DNA from: Candidatus Thorarchaeota archaeon
GTDB taxonomy: Archaea > Asgardarchaeota > Thorarchaeia > Thorarchaeales > Thorarchaeaceae
Length of the DNA: 28,178 nt
Assembly: GCA_048884785.1 (NCBI GenBank)
Contig: JBHLQM010000048.1
Span: 1-28,178 of the forward strand
Direction: 5' to 3'
Position numbers and translations under genes: made by a program. The notes under the pieces were generated by a model that did not search any database, had not been told where the DNA came from, and saw nothing but the letters and a program-made list of their open reading frames with translations. How positions within the stretch are numbered: position 1 is the first letter of the stretch; each line of letters starts with the position of its first letter. Below are positions 1 through 7,301 of this stretch, in pieces.

Positions 1-73
1 GTCACAAATCTGGTTGGGCTATATCGAGAAGGACGCAAGCTATAAACATCCTCCCGCCTGATATTGAACTGCA

Positions 74-532
74 ATGACTGCGAGAATGAAGGTATACGCA
101 TATATCACTCATGGCACCAAACTACTAGTCTTTGAGGAACGTGGGTTTCCAGAAGGTGGCATTCAGGTCCCGGGAGGAACTCCAAATATAAACGAACCTC
201 CAGATGCTGCCGCGATTCGAGAGTCAATAGAGGAAGCAAGCTTACAATCGCTGAAGCTTGTGCGCTTTCTGGGAGAAGATATCTTCGATGTATCAATTTA
301 TGGAATCAATGAAGTACATCGACGTCTTTTCTACCATCTTATCTATGAAGGAGATCCCTTAAGGAATTGGGAAAACGAGGAGAGAGATCCTTCAGCAAGA
401 ACGTTGCAAACTCCCGAGCGCATTATATTTGATTTCTATTGGTGGGACCTGAAAAATGGGATTCCAAAACTGCAGCTAGGATTTGATGCAAAACTCTCTG
501 CTCTCTTAGGCGATTTAGGTCTTGTGAGATAA
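74..532 (+). CDS. NUDIX hydrolase
   Basis: Nudix box GGTPNINEPPDAAAIRESIEEAS matches Gx5Ex7REUxEE, preceded by the typical 'LLVF..QVPGG'. Confidence 0.85.
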   Translation: MTARMKVYAYITHGTKLLVFEERGFPEGGIQVPGGTPNINEPPDAAAIRESIEEASLQSLKLVRFLGEDIFDVSIYGINEVHRRLFYHLIYEGDPLRNWENEERDPSARTLQTPERIIFDFYWWDLKNGIPKLQLGFDAKLSALLGDLGLVR

Positions 533-541
533 ATAGATGAT

Positions 542-1270
542 CTATCTCTTCAAAATCCTTGTAAAAACCACAAGTACAAATATAATCACTCCAGCTGCCA
601 ACCCAGTAGCTAGAATAGCTTGTGTTTCAGGGTTCATTGGAAGTCTTGAAAATGAGTATCTAGTGGTAGCATTGGACCATGATTCCACGCTTTCATACGT
701 TAGCAGAAGCAAAACACCATCCTGCTTGGAGTATGTGTAACAAGTTGTATCTACCCAGTAGCGAGTCCGTATTATCAAATAGCTTGTTCTTACACTTGTA
801 TATCCCCATTCACTGCCGGTCTCAACGAGTTGGAACGAATAGGTGAGGTTCTCAGTAGAAAGCACCTTACTGAAATACGCGTCATATACCTTTGATAATA
901 GGCTCCAGTTTCCAATCGGGACTGCAACATTTCTCCCAACCAGTATATACTCATCTCCTGCAGGACTTCCATTTATCCAATGCACATCAAAATGTGTTCT
1001 TGGAGGATAGCTATCATTTGTCACTGGGTCTTCAATAGGATAGTGTTCAGGGTCAATAAGCAAGTAATTACTCTCTTGGATAGTTGGTTCTCCCTCGTCA
1101 CCGTGATAGAAGAGCCACTTCTCATTGAAATAAAACTCCTGCCCTTCTTCATAACCCCAGTGCAGCCCTTGACTATGAACAGCACTGACTTCTGACATCA
1201 TCATAGTCATTACGAGAAAGAGTCCAAGTATTACAATCAGTGGATTATTCTTGGTCAAGACTAACTCCAT
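542..1270 (-). CDS. Hypothetical secreted/membrane-anchored protein (N-terminal signal or TM segment, C-terminal TM anchor)
   Basis: Hydrophobic N-terminus (LIVILGLFLVM..SA), an aromatic-rich extracellular region, and a C-terminal TM (ILATGLAAGVIIFVLVVF) followed by a basic tail TRILKR. Confidence 0.7.
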   Translation of the reverse strand: MELVLTKNNPLIVILGLFLVMTMMMSEVSAVHSQGLHWGYEEGQEFYFNEKWLFYHGDEGEPTIQESNYLLIDPEHYPIEDPVTNDSYPPRTHFDVHWINGSPAGDEYILVGRNVAVPIGNWSLLSKVYDAYFSKVLSTENLTYSFQLVETGSEWGYTSVRTSYLIIRTRYWVDTTCYTYSKQDGVLLLLTYESVESWSNATTRYSFSRLPMNPETQAILATGLAAGVIIFVLVVFTRILKR

Positions 1271-1350
1271 TTCATTATCGCAAATTCCTGTTTAAGCATT
1301 ATCTATTCTCACTGATTCTACAGTTTGCTGCATGCTACGCCCCGTGGATT

Positions 1351-1947
1351 CTATAGCCTATCAAAAATACCTGATCGCATTGTGACTTCAGTGTGGTCGC
1401 TATCTTTGATACCAAACATGCGAATGTGACATTGGGAGGCTGCATGAATAAATAGCTCCCCAACATTTTCTCCAGTTTTCGCGCTTGTTTCGAAGTAGTC
1501 TAGATTCAGGAGTTGGGCTAGCTGCTTCCCCCTTCTTGTTTCAACTTGTTGGTTTTCTGCTAAATCGGCCTTGTTGGCTACTAATGCTCCTGGGAAGAAA
1601 CCACCCATCGATTCACAGAGGTCCAAACAAATGCCTTCATACCATTTCGGAATCTCTGCAAAGTGACTCACATCAGTCATGTCGTAGACAAACATGACAT
1701 AGTGCGCACCTCTGTAGTATGTCTTTCTTAACTCGCTGAAAGAATCCTGTCCTCCCAGGTCCATAACAGTCATTTTGACTACGCCTTCAGGAAGCGTTAC
1801 TTCTGAAATCTTGATATTGAGTCCAACAGTGGGTGAATAGGACTCCTGAAAATCGGATTCTGTGAATTGAGTGACGATCGAAGTCTTGCCCGCATTGGGT
1901 GGGCCAAGTACCAGAATCTTGTATATTTCGACCGTCATTTGTGGCAC
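1351..1947 (-). CDS. Ras-superfamily small GTPase, Rab-like
   Basis: G1 GPPNAGKTS, G2 YSPTVG, G3 DLGGQ, YYRGA, G4 NKAD, G5 ETSAK. No C-terminal prenylation cysteines. An alternative ATG lies at 1938. Confidence 0.92.
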   Translation of the reverse strand: MPQMTVEIYKILVLGPPNAGKTSIVTQFTESDFQESYSPTVGLNIKISEVTLPEGVVKMTVMDLGGQDSFSELRKTYYRGAHYVMFVYDMTDVSHFAEIPKWYEGICLDLCESMGGFFPGALVANKADLAENQQVETRRGKQLAQLLNLDYFETSAKTGENVGELFIHAASQCHIRMFGIKDSDHTEVTMRSGIFDRL

Positions 1948-2028
1948 AATACCAGACCCTCGCGGTTTCTATTAATACTTATTATAACGTATCAAGAAAA
2001 TCAGGATGCATGAACCACGGACAGAATG

Positions 2029-2036
2029 TATATAAC
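2029..2036 (+). promoter_or_regulatory. Putative TATA box for adk operon
   Basis: tatataac preceded by purine-rich acagaa (BRE-like), about 50 nt upstream of the ATG at 2084. Confidence 0.4.
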
Positions 2037-2083
2037 AGCGCCATTACGATTCACGGCCTACTCAGGGTAAGGTGAACGGCTGG

Positions 2084-2674
2084 ATGAGCGAGTCAAGAAA
2101 CGTTGTCATTGTGACAGGGATTCCTGGCGTTGGCAAAACCACTGTGATTAACACAGCTATTGAGATGGTGAAGAAGAATCATGGCGAGGATGTACTATTC
2201 CTTAATCTTGGAACCGAGATGTACGAAATCGCCACAAAAAAGCGGCAAGTGAAAGATAGAGACGAGATGCGCAAGCTTCCAACGGCCATTCAACGTGAAA
2301 ATCAACGGCTGGCTGGTGAGTCAATTGCTAAGAAAGGAAAATCCGGACGCGTAATTGTGGACACTCACACCCTTATACAGACCAATAATGGATTCCTAAT
2401 TGGCCTACCCGAATGGGTAATCAGAGCCATAAGCCCAAAGACAATTGTTCTTGTTGAGGCAGACCCAGAGAAAATTGCTCTGAGAAGAGTGGATGATCCA
2501 ACACGGACGCGTGATGCGCAGATGGTTGATGCTATTGAGGTTCATCAACAGATGTGTAGAGCAGCGGCTGTTGCTGGCGGTACTCTAACTGGGGCAACCG
2601 TAAGAATCATCAAGAACAAACAAGGTATGGTTGAAGCGGCTGCAGCTGAATTGGCAGAAACACTGATGGAGTAG
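2084..2674 (+). CDS. adkA: Archaeal adenylate kinase
   Basis: P-loop GIPGVGKTT, RDEMRKL, VDTH, and GLPEWV-type motifs. SD-like aaggtga at 2069-2075 favours ATG 2084 over GTG 2072. Synteny with DUF106-L34e-cmk. Confidence 0.93.
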   Translation: MSESRNVVIVTGIPGVGKTTVINTAIEMVKKNHGEDVLFLNLGTEMYEIATKKRQVKDRDEMRKLPTAIQRENQRLAGESIAKKGKSGRVIVDTHTLIQTNNGFLIGLPEWVIRAISPKTIVLVEADPEKIALRRVDDPTRTRDAQMVDAIEVHQQMCRAAAVAGGTLTGATVRIIKNKQGMVEAAAAELAETLME

Positions 2675-2681
2675 ACTTATC

Positions 2682-3245
2682 ATGCAGGACTTTATTGCTG
2701 ATTTTCTAGCTTGGTTTTCTCAGGCATTTGCAATATTTGCTGACCCTCCCTACTCAGCATTGTTCATTATGGCTGTTTCAGTCATGGTGACAAGCATTAG
2801 CCAGCTAGCCACAAGGCGATTCACAGACATGCGCCGCTTAAAGAGATATCAAGCTGAAATAAAGCAGTTTCAAGCAATGCAGAAAGAAGCAGAGAAAACG
2901 CAGAATGAAAAGCTCCTGAAAAAGGTGCGACGACGCAAGGCATACATTGATCGAATTCAACGGGAGAGTATGACCGATAGATGCAAGCCATCTCTGCTAT
3001 TCATGATTCCATTTCTTGCTATTTTCACGCTACTAAGATCATTCTATATTGACCCTGTCACGGGGATTGACAGAATAGTAGTTGTTCTCCCATTCAATGT
3101 TACAAAATTACTTCCATTTCTTGAAGGCGTTGCGGGAGTTCCAACCGCGGCCGGATTCGGGATGACGTTCTATGCATTCTATTTCTTGGTTGGCCTTGGA
3201 TTGAGTAGCATTATGCAAAGGATATTTGGAACGCAGATTATGTAG
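2682..3245 (+). CDS. DUF106 / EMC3-TMCO1-Get1 (Oxa1 superfamily) membrane insertase
   Basis: TM1, then a coiled-coil (RRLKRYQAEIKQFQ...), KP..F.IP and TM2, then TM3 FY.L. Occupies the canonical position after adk. Confidence 0.88.
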   Translation: MQDFIADFLAWFSQAFAIFADPPYSALFIMAVSVMVTSISQLATRRFTDMRRLKRYQAEIKQFQAMQKEAEKTQNEKLLKKVRRRKAYIDRIQRESMTDRCKPSLLFMIPFLAIFTLLRSFYIDPVTGIDRIVVVLPFNVTKLLPFLEGVAGVPTAAGFGMTFYAFYFLVGLGLSSIMQRIFGTQIM

Positions 3246-3276
3246 GATGTTGTGGCCAAGGTCGGCCACAAGTCCT
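3244..3276 (+). terminator. Stem-loop directly after the DUF106 stop codon
   Basis: ttgtggcc-aaggtc-ggccacaa is a perfect 8-bp stem, extendable by aggat/gtcct, followed by a pyrimidine-rich tract. Confidence 0.45.
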
Positions 3277-3399
3277 TCTCATTTCCCAATGAATCTATCA
3301 GAGTTAGAGCAGGTTTTTTCCAGAATAAGACTCAATATATGAGAAATTCCGCCGGGCGCCTGTTTTATCTATTGTGCGCGATTCAACTTATGATGAACT

Positions 3400-3654
3400 A
3401 TGCAGAGCATTTTTGCAAGTCCCTTGACTGATTTTGTGCAAATGATACTTGAATATTTCACAAGTATCTGGAGTTTTCTTTTGTTTGTTGGAGGATCTGC
3501 GGCAGTAATTGTGGTTCTAATTGGTGCAATAATGATGTTCGTTGGAGTTCGTGTTGGAAAGATTACAGGCCAGAAGCTCATTCTTGGTGGGATTATCCTG
3601 GCAATTGTGATAGTCTATTTCAATATCTATCCTCCTAACTTTATTATCAGTTAA
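3400..3654 (+). CDS. Small hydrophobic membrane protein (amphipathic helix plus about 2 TM)
   Basis: 84 aa with two long hydrophobic segments separated by RVGKITGQK. Co-oriented with the cluster. Confidence 0.65.
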   Translation: MQSIFASPLTDFVQMILEYFTSIWSFLLFVGGSAAVIVVLIGAIMMFVGVRVGKITGQKLILGGIILAIVIVYFNIYPPNFIIS

Positions 3655-3753
3655 AAGGGGTAGTTCCTAAGTAAATTTTCTAGGTAGGCATCGACGCTTT
3701 TTTAAGCATATGTCGAGGCGTGCGTAAATAAGCAAAACATTTGGTGATGTTCG

Positions 3754-4023
3754 ATGCCAAGACCAGGGATGTTGACAAGAAGTAGGGCGAATCGCATTGT
3801 AAAGACCCCAGGTGGAAGAAATGTTGTTCATCGCAAAAAGAACTACAACTCTCAAGGAAGATGTGCAATTACAGGGAATAAACTCGCTCTATCAAGGAAC
3901 GCAAAACTTGGGGAAACCAGAAATGCAAGCAAGTCAAGCAAAAGAGCCAACCGTCCATATGGTGGTGTCGTATCATCCAAAGCACTTCGTCGGGGAATAA
4001 CCCGCCAAGTTCGAGACCTGTAA
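3754..4023 (+). CDS. rpl34e: 50S ribosomal protein L34e (eL34)
   Basis: MPRP...KTPGGRNVVH and SKRANRPYGG motifs. SD ggtga upstream. Lies upstream of cmk. Confidence 0.93.
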   Translation: MPRPGMLTRSRANRIVKTPGGRNVVHRKKNYNSQGRCAITGNKLALSRNAKLGETRNASKSSKRANRPYGGVVSSKALRRGITRQVRDL

Positions 4024-4024
4024 A

Positions 4025-4570
4025 ATGAAGCGTGTAATCGCTATTGGCGGTCTACATGGCACTGGAAAAAGCTCCGTAGCTGATAATATTTCTAAATTAT
4101 TCAATCTCAGAAGAGTTTCTGCTGGAGGCATATTCAGAGAACTCGCAGCTGAACGAGGTGTCACCCTTGAAGAGTTCAGTAGAATTGCTGAAGATGATGA
4201 GAAGATTGACAGAGCGTTGGATGCAAGAATAAAATCAGAGGCTGAGAAAGGAAATGTCATGCTCGATGGTCAGTTGGCTGCAGTTATGGCGGGCGACCAT
4301 GCGGACCTTAAGATTCTCCTTGTTGCCCCATTGAGAACGAGAGTCAAGAGAATCGCAGCCAGAGATGGCGTCAGTTATGAGGCTGCCCTGCAAGAGACCG
4401 AAACTCGTGAGATGATTGAACGAGCGAGATACAAAGAGTTCTACGGGTATGATGTGGCTGATCTCACAATCTATGACCTCATTATTAACACTGACAAGTA
4501 TGATCTTGAAGGAGTTACTGCCATTATTGAACTTGCAATCCGTCGACTTTTTGGCATTGCCATGAAATAG
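4025..4570 (+). CDS. cmk: Cytidylate kinase (archaeal type)
   Basis: GLHGTGKS, SAGGIFRELA, IDRALD, RY..FYG.D...IYDL.INT. Confidence 0.93.
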   Translation: MKRVIAIGGLHGTGKSSVADNISKLFNLRRVSAGGIFRELAAERGVTLEEFSRIAEDDEKIDRALDARIKSEAEKGNVMLDGQLAAVMAGDHADLKILLVAPLRTRVKRIAARDGVSYEAALQETETREMIERARYKEFYGYDVADLTIYDLIINTDKYDLEGVTAIIELAIRRLFGIAMK

Positions 4571-4694
4571 GCCAAAGCGTAAGGCTCTTATTGTCACCCA
4601 TAGGTAATGAGCATGATTCTCCCCTTCAATGGGATGAACATCCGAGGTGACTTGAGATGTTCGCTAGACCATTAACGGTTGAGGTGTATTAAAA

Positions 4695-4976
4695 ATGGTA
4701 TTGTATACAGTAGGAAGAGTATGTGTAAAGACAATGGGGCGTGAAGCAGGCAGCTATTGCGTCATTGTAGATGCGAAGGATCCAAAGACTGTTGTGGTCA
4801 CTGGTCCAAAACAGCTGACGGGTGTGAGAAGAAGAGGCTGCAATATCAAACATCTTGAACCTCTCGAAACTGTCTTGTCAATCTCTGAGGGATCAGACGA
4901 CAAGACCGTCGAGAAGGCTATTGAGGATGCAGGTCTCGTTGATAGGTTTAGAACAAAGATACGGCTTAGCGCATAA
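4695..4976 (+). CDS. rpl14e: 50S ribosomal protein L14e (eL14)
   Basis: VGRVCVKTMGREAG..CVIVD..., GVRRRGCNIKHLEP. SD gaggtg upstream. Confidence 0.96.
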   Translation: MVLYTVGRVCVKTMGREAGSYCVIVDAKDPKTVVVTGPKQLTGVRRRGCNIKHLEPLETVLSISEGSDDKTVEKAIEDAGLVDRFRTKIRLSA

Positions 4977-5016
4977 TCGTGCTTGCCGGGGTCGTTGCAG
5001 AGCCGGTGTATAGGAC

Positions 5017-6027
5017 ATGAACAAGATTCTACCTGCTGATAGACCCCGAGATGTAGTCATTCGTGTAGAGGACACAACAAACCCGGAGTTTGGTTTTTCC
5101 GACCTTAACTCACTTCCCATGAGCTATCTTCTTGAGAATGGCGTTATTGCACTTGACAAACCTGCAGGCCCTACAAGCCATGAGATAGCAACATGGGTTA
5201 GGAAGATATGTAATGTGGACCGTGCGGGCCACTCAGGTACACTGGACCCTGCTGTTACAGGCATCCTACCTATTGGTATTGGTAATGGGACAAAGGTGAT
5301 GCAGGCTCTACTACCGGCTGGGAAAGAATATGTTTGTGTAATGGAACTTCATAGCCTTACACCGGAAAATGAAATCCGAAGAGTTGTTGGTGAATTTATA
5401 GGTAAGATCTATCAGAAGCCACCTCTCAGGTCATCGGTAAAGAGAGTTCAACGAGTCAGAGAGATATATTATAATGACATCATTGAGATTAAAGGACGTC
5501 TTGTTCTCTTGAGAGTAGGGTGCCAGGCTGGCACATATGTTAGAAAACTCTGCTTTGATATGGGTGAGGCTCTAGGCGTTGGAGCTCATATGCGCGAGCT
5601 ACGAAGGACACGTGTCGGGAAATTCGCCGAGGACACTCGCCTTTGTACACTTCATGACCTGAAAGATGCATATGAATTCTGGATCTCTGACAAAGATGAA
5701 ACAGAACTGCGGAGATACCTCTTGCCGCCTGAGGCAGCTCTTGAGCATCTGCCAGAAATTGTGGTGCGCGATAGTGCAGTAAACGCAATCTGCTATGGGG
5801 CGGATCTAGCTGCCAGCGGCGTTGTAAGACTCCATAGCGACATAAAGAAAGATGACTTGGTTGCTCTCAAGACTCTAAAAGGAGAGGCCATTGCATTGGT
5901 GAAGAGCAGTGATACTACTGATCGAATAGCTAAGGCAAAGAGTGGTATAGTAGCAGTCACAGAGAGGGTCATCATGGAGAGAGACCGATATCCGTCTATG
6001 TGGAAAACAAAATCCCACAAATCCTAG
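5017..6027 (+). CDS. cbf5: H/ACA RNA-guided / tRNA pseudouridine synthase Cbf5 (TruB family, with PUA domain)
   Basis: LDKPAGPTSHE, GHSGTLDP (catalytic Asp), IYQKPP..SSVKR, GTYVRKLC, and a C-terminal PUA domain ending YPSMW. Confidence 0.96.
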   Translation: MNKILPADRPRDVVIRVEDTTNPEFGFSDLNSLPMSYLLENGVIALDKPAGPTSHEIATWVRKICNVDRAGHSGTLDPAVTGILPIGIGNGTKVMQALLPAGKEYVCVMELHSLTPENEIRRVVGEFIGKIYQKPPLRSSVKRVQRVREIYYNDIIEIKGRLVLLRVGCQAGTYVRKLCFDMGEALGVGAHMRELRRTRVGKFAEDTRLCTLHDLKDAYEFWISDKDETELRRYLLPPEAALEHLPEIVVRDSAVNAICYGADLAASGVVRLHSDIKKDDLVALKTLKGEAIALVKSSDTTDRIAKAKSGIVAVTERVIMERDRYPSMWKTKSHKS

Positions 6028-6040
6028 TGGCTAAGCGAGC

Positions 6041-6048
6041 TTTTTTAT
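6041..6048 (+). promoter_or_regulatory. Putative TATA box of the RNase P RNA gene
   Basis: ttttttat about 25-30 nt upstream of the predicted P1 start at 6071. Confidence 0.45.
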
Positions 6049-6070
6049 CGGAATCATCGTATTTAGTCAA

Positions 6071-6416
6071 GGCTCCGGAGCAAGAGCGCAACTGACGGTA
6101 GCCAGAGATGGCAGCTGAGGAAGCTCCCAACTACATGTCGACGCTGGTCCTGTGAAAACAGGGGGGTGAGAGCCTCGCTCTGGGAACAGAAACGATACCA
6201 CCTGAACAAATATGACAATGACGCGGCACAAGAAGACGCAGAGGATTGTTCAGGAGAGGATGAAACGGCCTACCACCAGGCTAGCAACTCCAAGAATACG
6301 TCGTTGAAGTGTCGACCTGAGACGTAGGGTAGGAGGCTAAGTTTGATGTTGCGTAGTCTTTTCTCGGTGACGGGAATAGATGAAACAGAATTGGGGCTAC
6401 TACTTGGACCGGAGCT
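6071..6416 (+). ncRNA. rnpB: Archaeal RNase P RNA
   Basis: P1 pairing gctccgg(6072)/ccggagc(6409-6415). P4 5' strand gaggaagctcccaa pairs with the 3' acagaattggggctac. Conserved acagaaac and tgaaacgg are present. Long P12 cctgaacaa/ttgttcagg (6201-6254). Confidence 0.92.
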
Positions 6417-6963
6417 CATTTTCCTCAGGACGGCTATGTTCTGCCATGATTTCTGCCTGTACATTCACCACCTCTGTGCTTGTTCTACAGGCTGAATAGG
6501 CATCCAACCATTCTTGATTCAGTGTGAGAAACGATGGACCCCATTTGAAAACTGACATTACATCTTCAGCCAGTTCTTTGAGGTTGATAATGTATAATGA
6601 GGCTGCGATTGCCTCTGCAGTCGATAGTTTCACAGGTTTGTATGTATTGATCGGATTCCCTGCGAGAAGGTATGGCAGGGCTCTTTGAACTCCCCCTATC
6701 GATGAATGAAAAATCTCCTCTGCGCAATTCCAAGAGCAATCAAGTGCCACCAATCCAGAATGCATGATGCTATCTCTGTCCGATAGAGAGACAGCTGTAT
6801 CGGCTACTGGGTTTAGTACGACGGCGCCACGTGGAATGCGTTTTAGATCTTTGATGATCTCAGCACGATGTAGTCTACCAAGACGCAATCCTGTACATTT
6901 CTTTGGATCGCACTGATTTGCATGATATATTATTACTCTCGGATTTTTAGAATGGCTAGGCAT
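6400..6963 (-). CDS. tsr3: 16S rRNA aminocarboxypropyltransferase Tsr3 (DUF367)
   Basis: HANQCDPKKCTG, LDCSW, RALPYLLAGNP.N.YKP.KLSTAEA, FKWG..FL.LN. The start is uncertain (6987, 6981 or 6963). Confidence 0.94.
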   Translation of the reverse strand: MPSHSKNPRVIIYHANQCDPKKCTGLRLGRLHRAEIIKDLKRIPRGAVVLNPVADTAVSLSDRDSIMHSGLVALDCSWNCAEEIFHSSIGGVQRALPYLLAGNPINTYKPVKLSTAEAIAASLYIINLKELAEDVMSVFKWGPSFLTLNQEWLDAYSACRTSTEVVNVQAEIMAEHSRPEENELRSK

Positions 6964-7032
6964 CTCTATAAAGTGAGTCATGCACAAGAGATTTGTATGT
7001 TATGGATGTCCATAAAGGCGGAAGGATGATTC

Positions 7033-7299
7033 ATGGAAGCCAATTCCAGCACTATTTGTGAGATATGTGGAATAGATGTGAATCAGCGTTTAGTCTGTAA
7101 TCTTTGCAGATCTGAAGTATGTTCTGAGTGTATGTCTGCAGACGGCGGTATCTGTGAAGTGTGTTTGGAGGCAAGATGCAGCATCTGCGGGGAATATCTC
7201 TCTGCGCGCGCTTGCGACAAATGCGGCAAATTAGTCTGTGAAGATCACGGGGTTCGAATTAATGAGGTAACCACTTGCAGTAAATGTCAGGCGAAATAG
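7033..7299 (+). CDS. Small Cys-rich tandem zinc-finger protein
   Basis: Eight CxxC/CxxH pairs in 88 aa, arranged as two repeats. Ends 2 nt before the tiaS ATG. Confidence 0.8.
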   Translation: MEANSSTICEICGIDVNQRLVCNLCRSEVCSECMSADGGICEVCLEARCSICGEYLSARACDKCGKLVCEDHGVRINEVTTCSKCQAK

Positions 7300-7301
7300 A
7301 G

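Noticed and set aside
3390-3431. Possible C/D box sRNA (atgatga ... ctga)
   Set aside because: Only about 42 nt, no convincing D'/C' pair with 10-12-nt guides, and it overlaps the start of a plausible CDS.
6270-6464. 64-aa ORF on the minus strand
   Set aside because: Antisense to the RNase P RNA and overlaps tsr3 in another frame.
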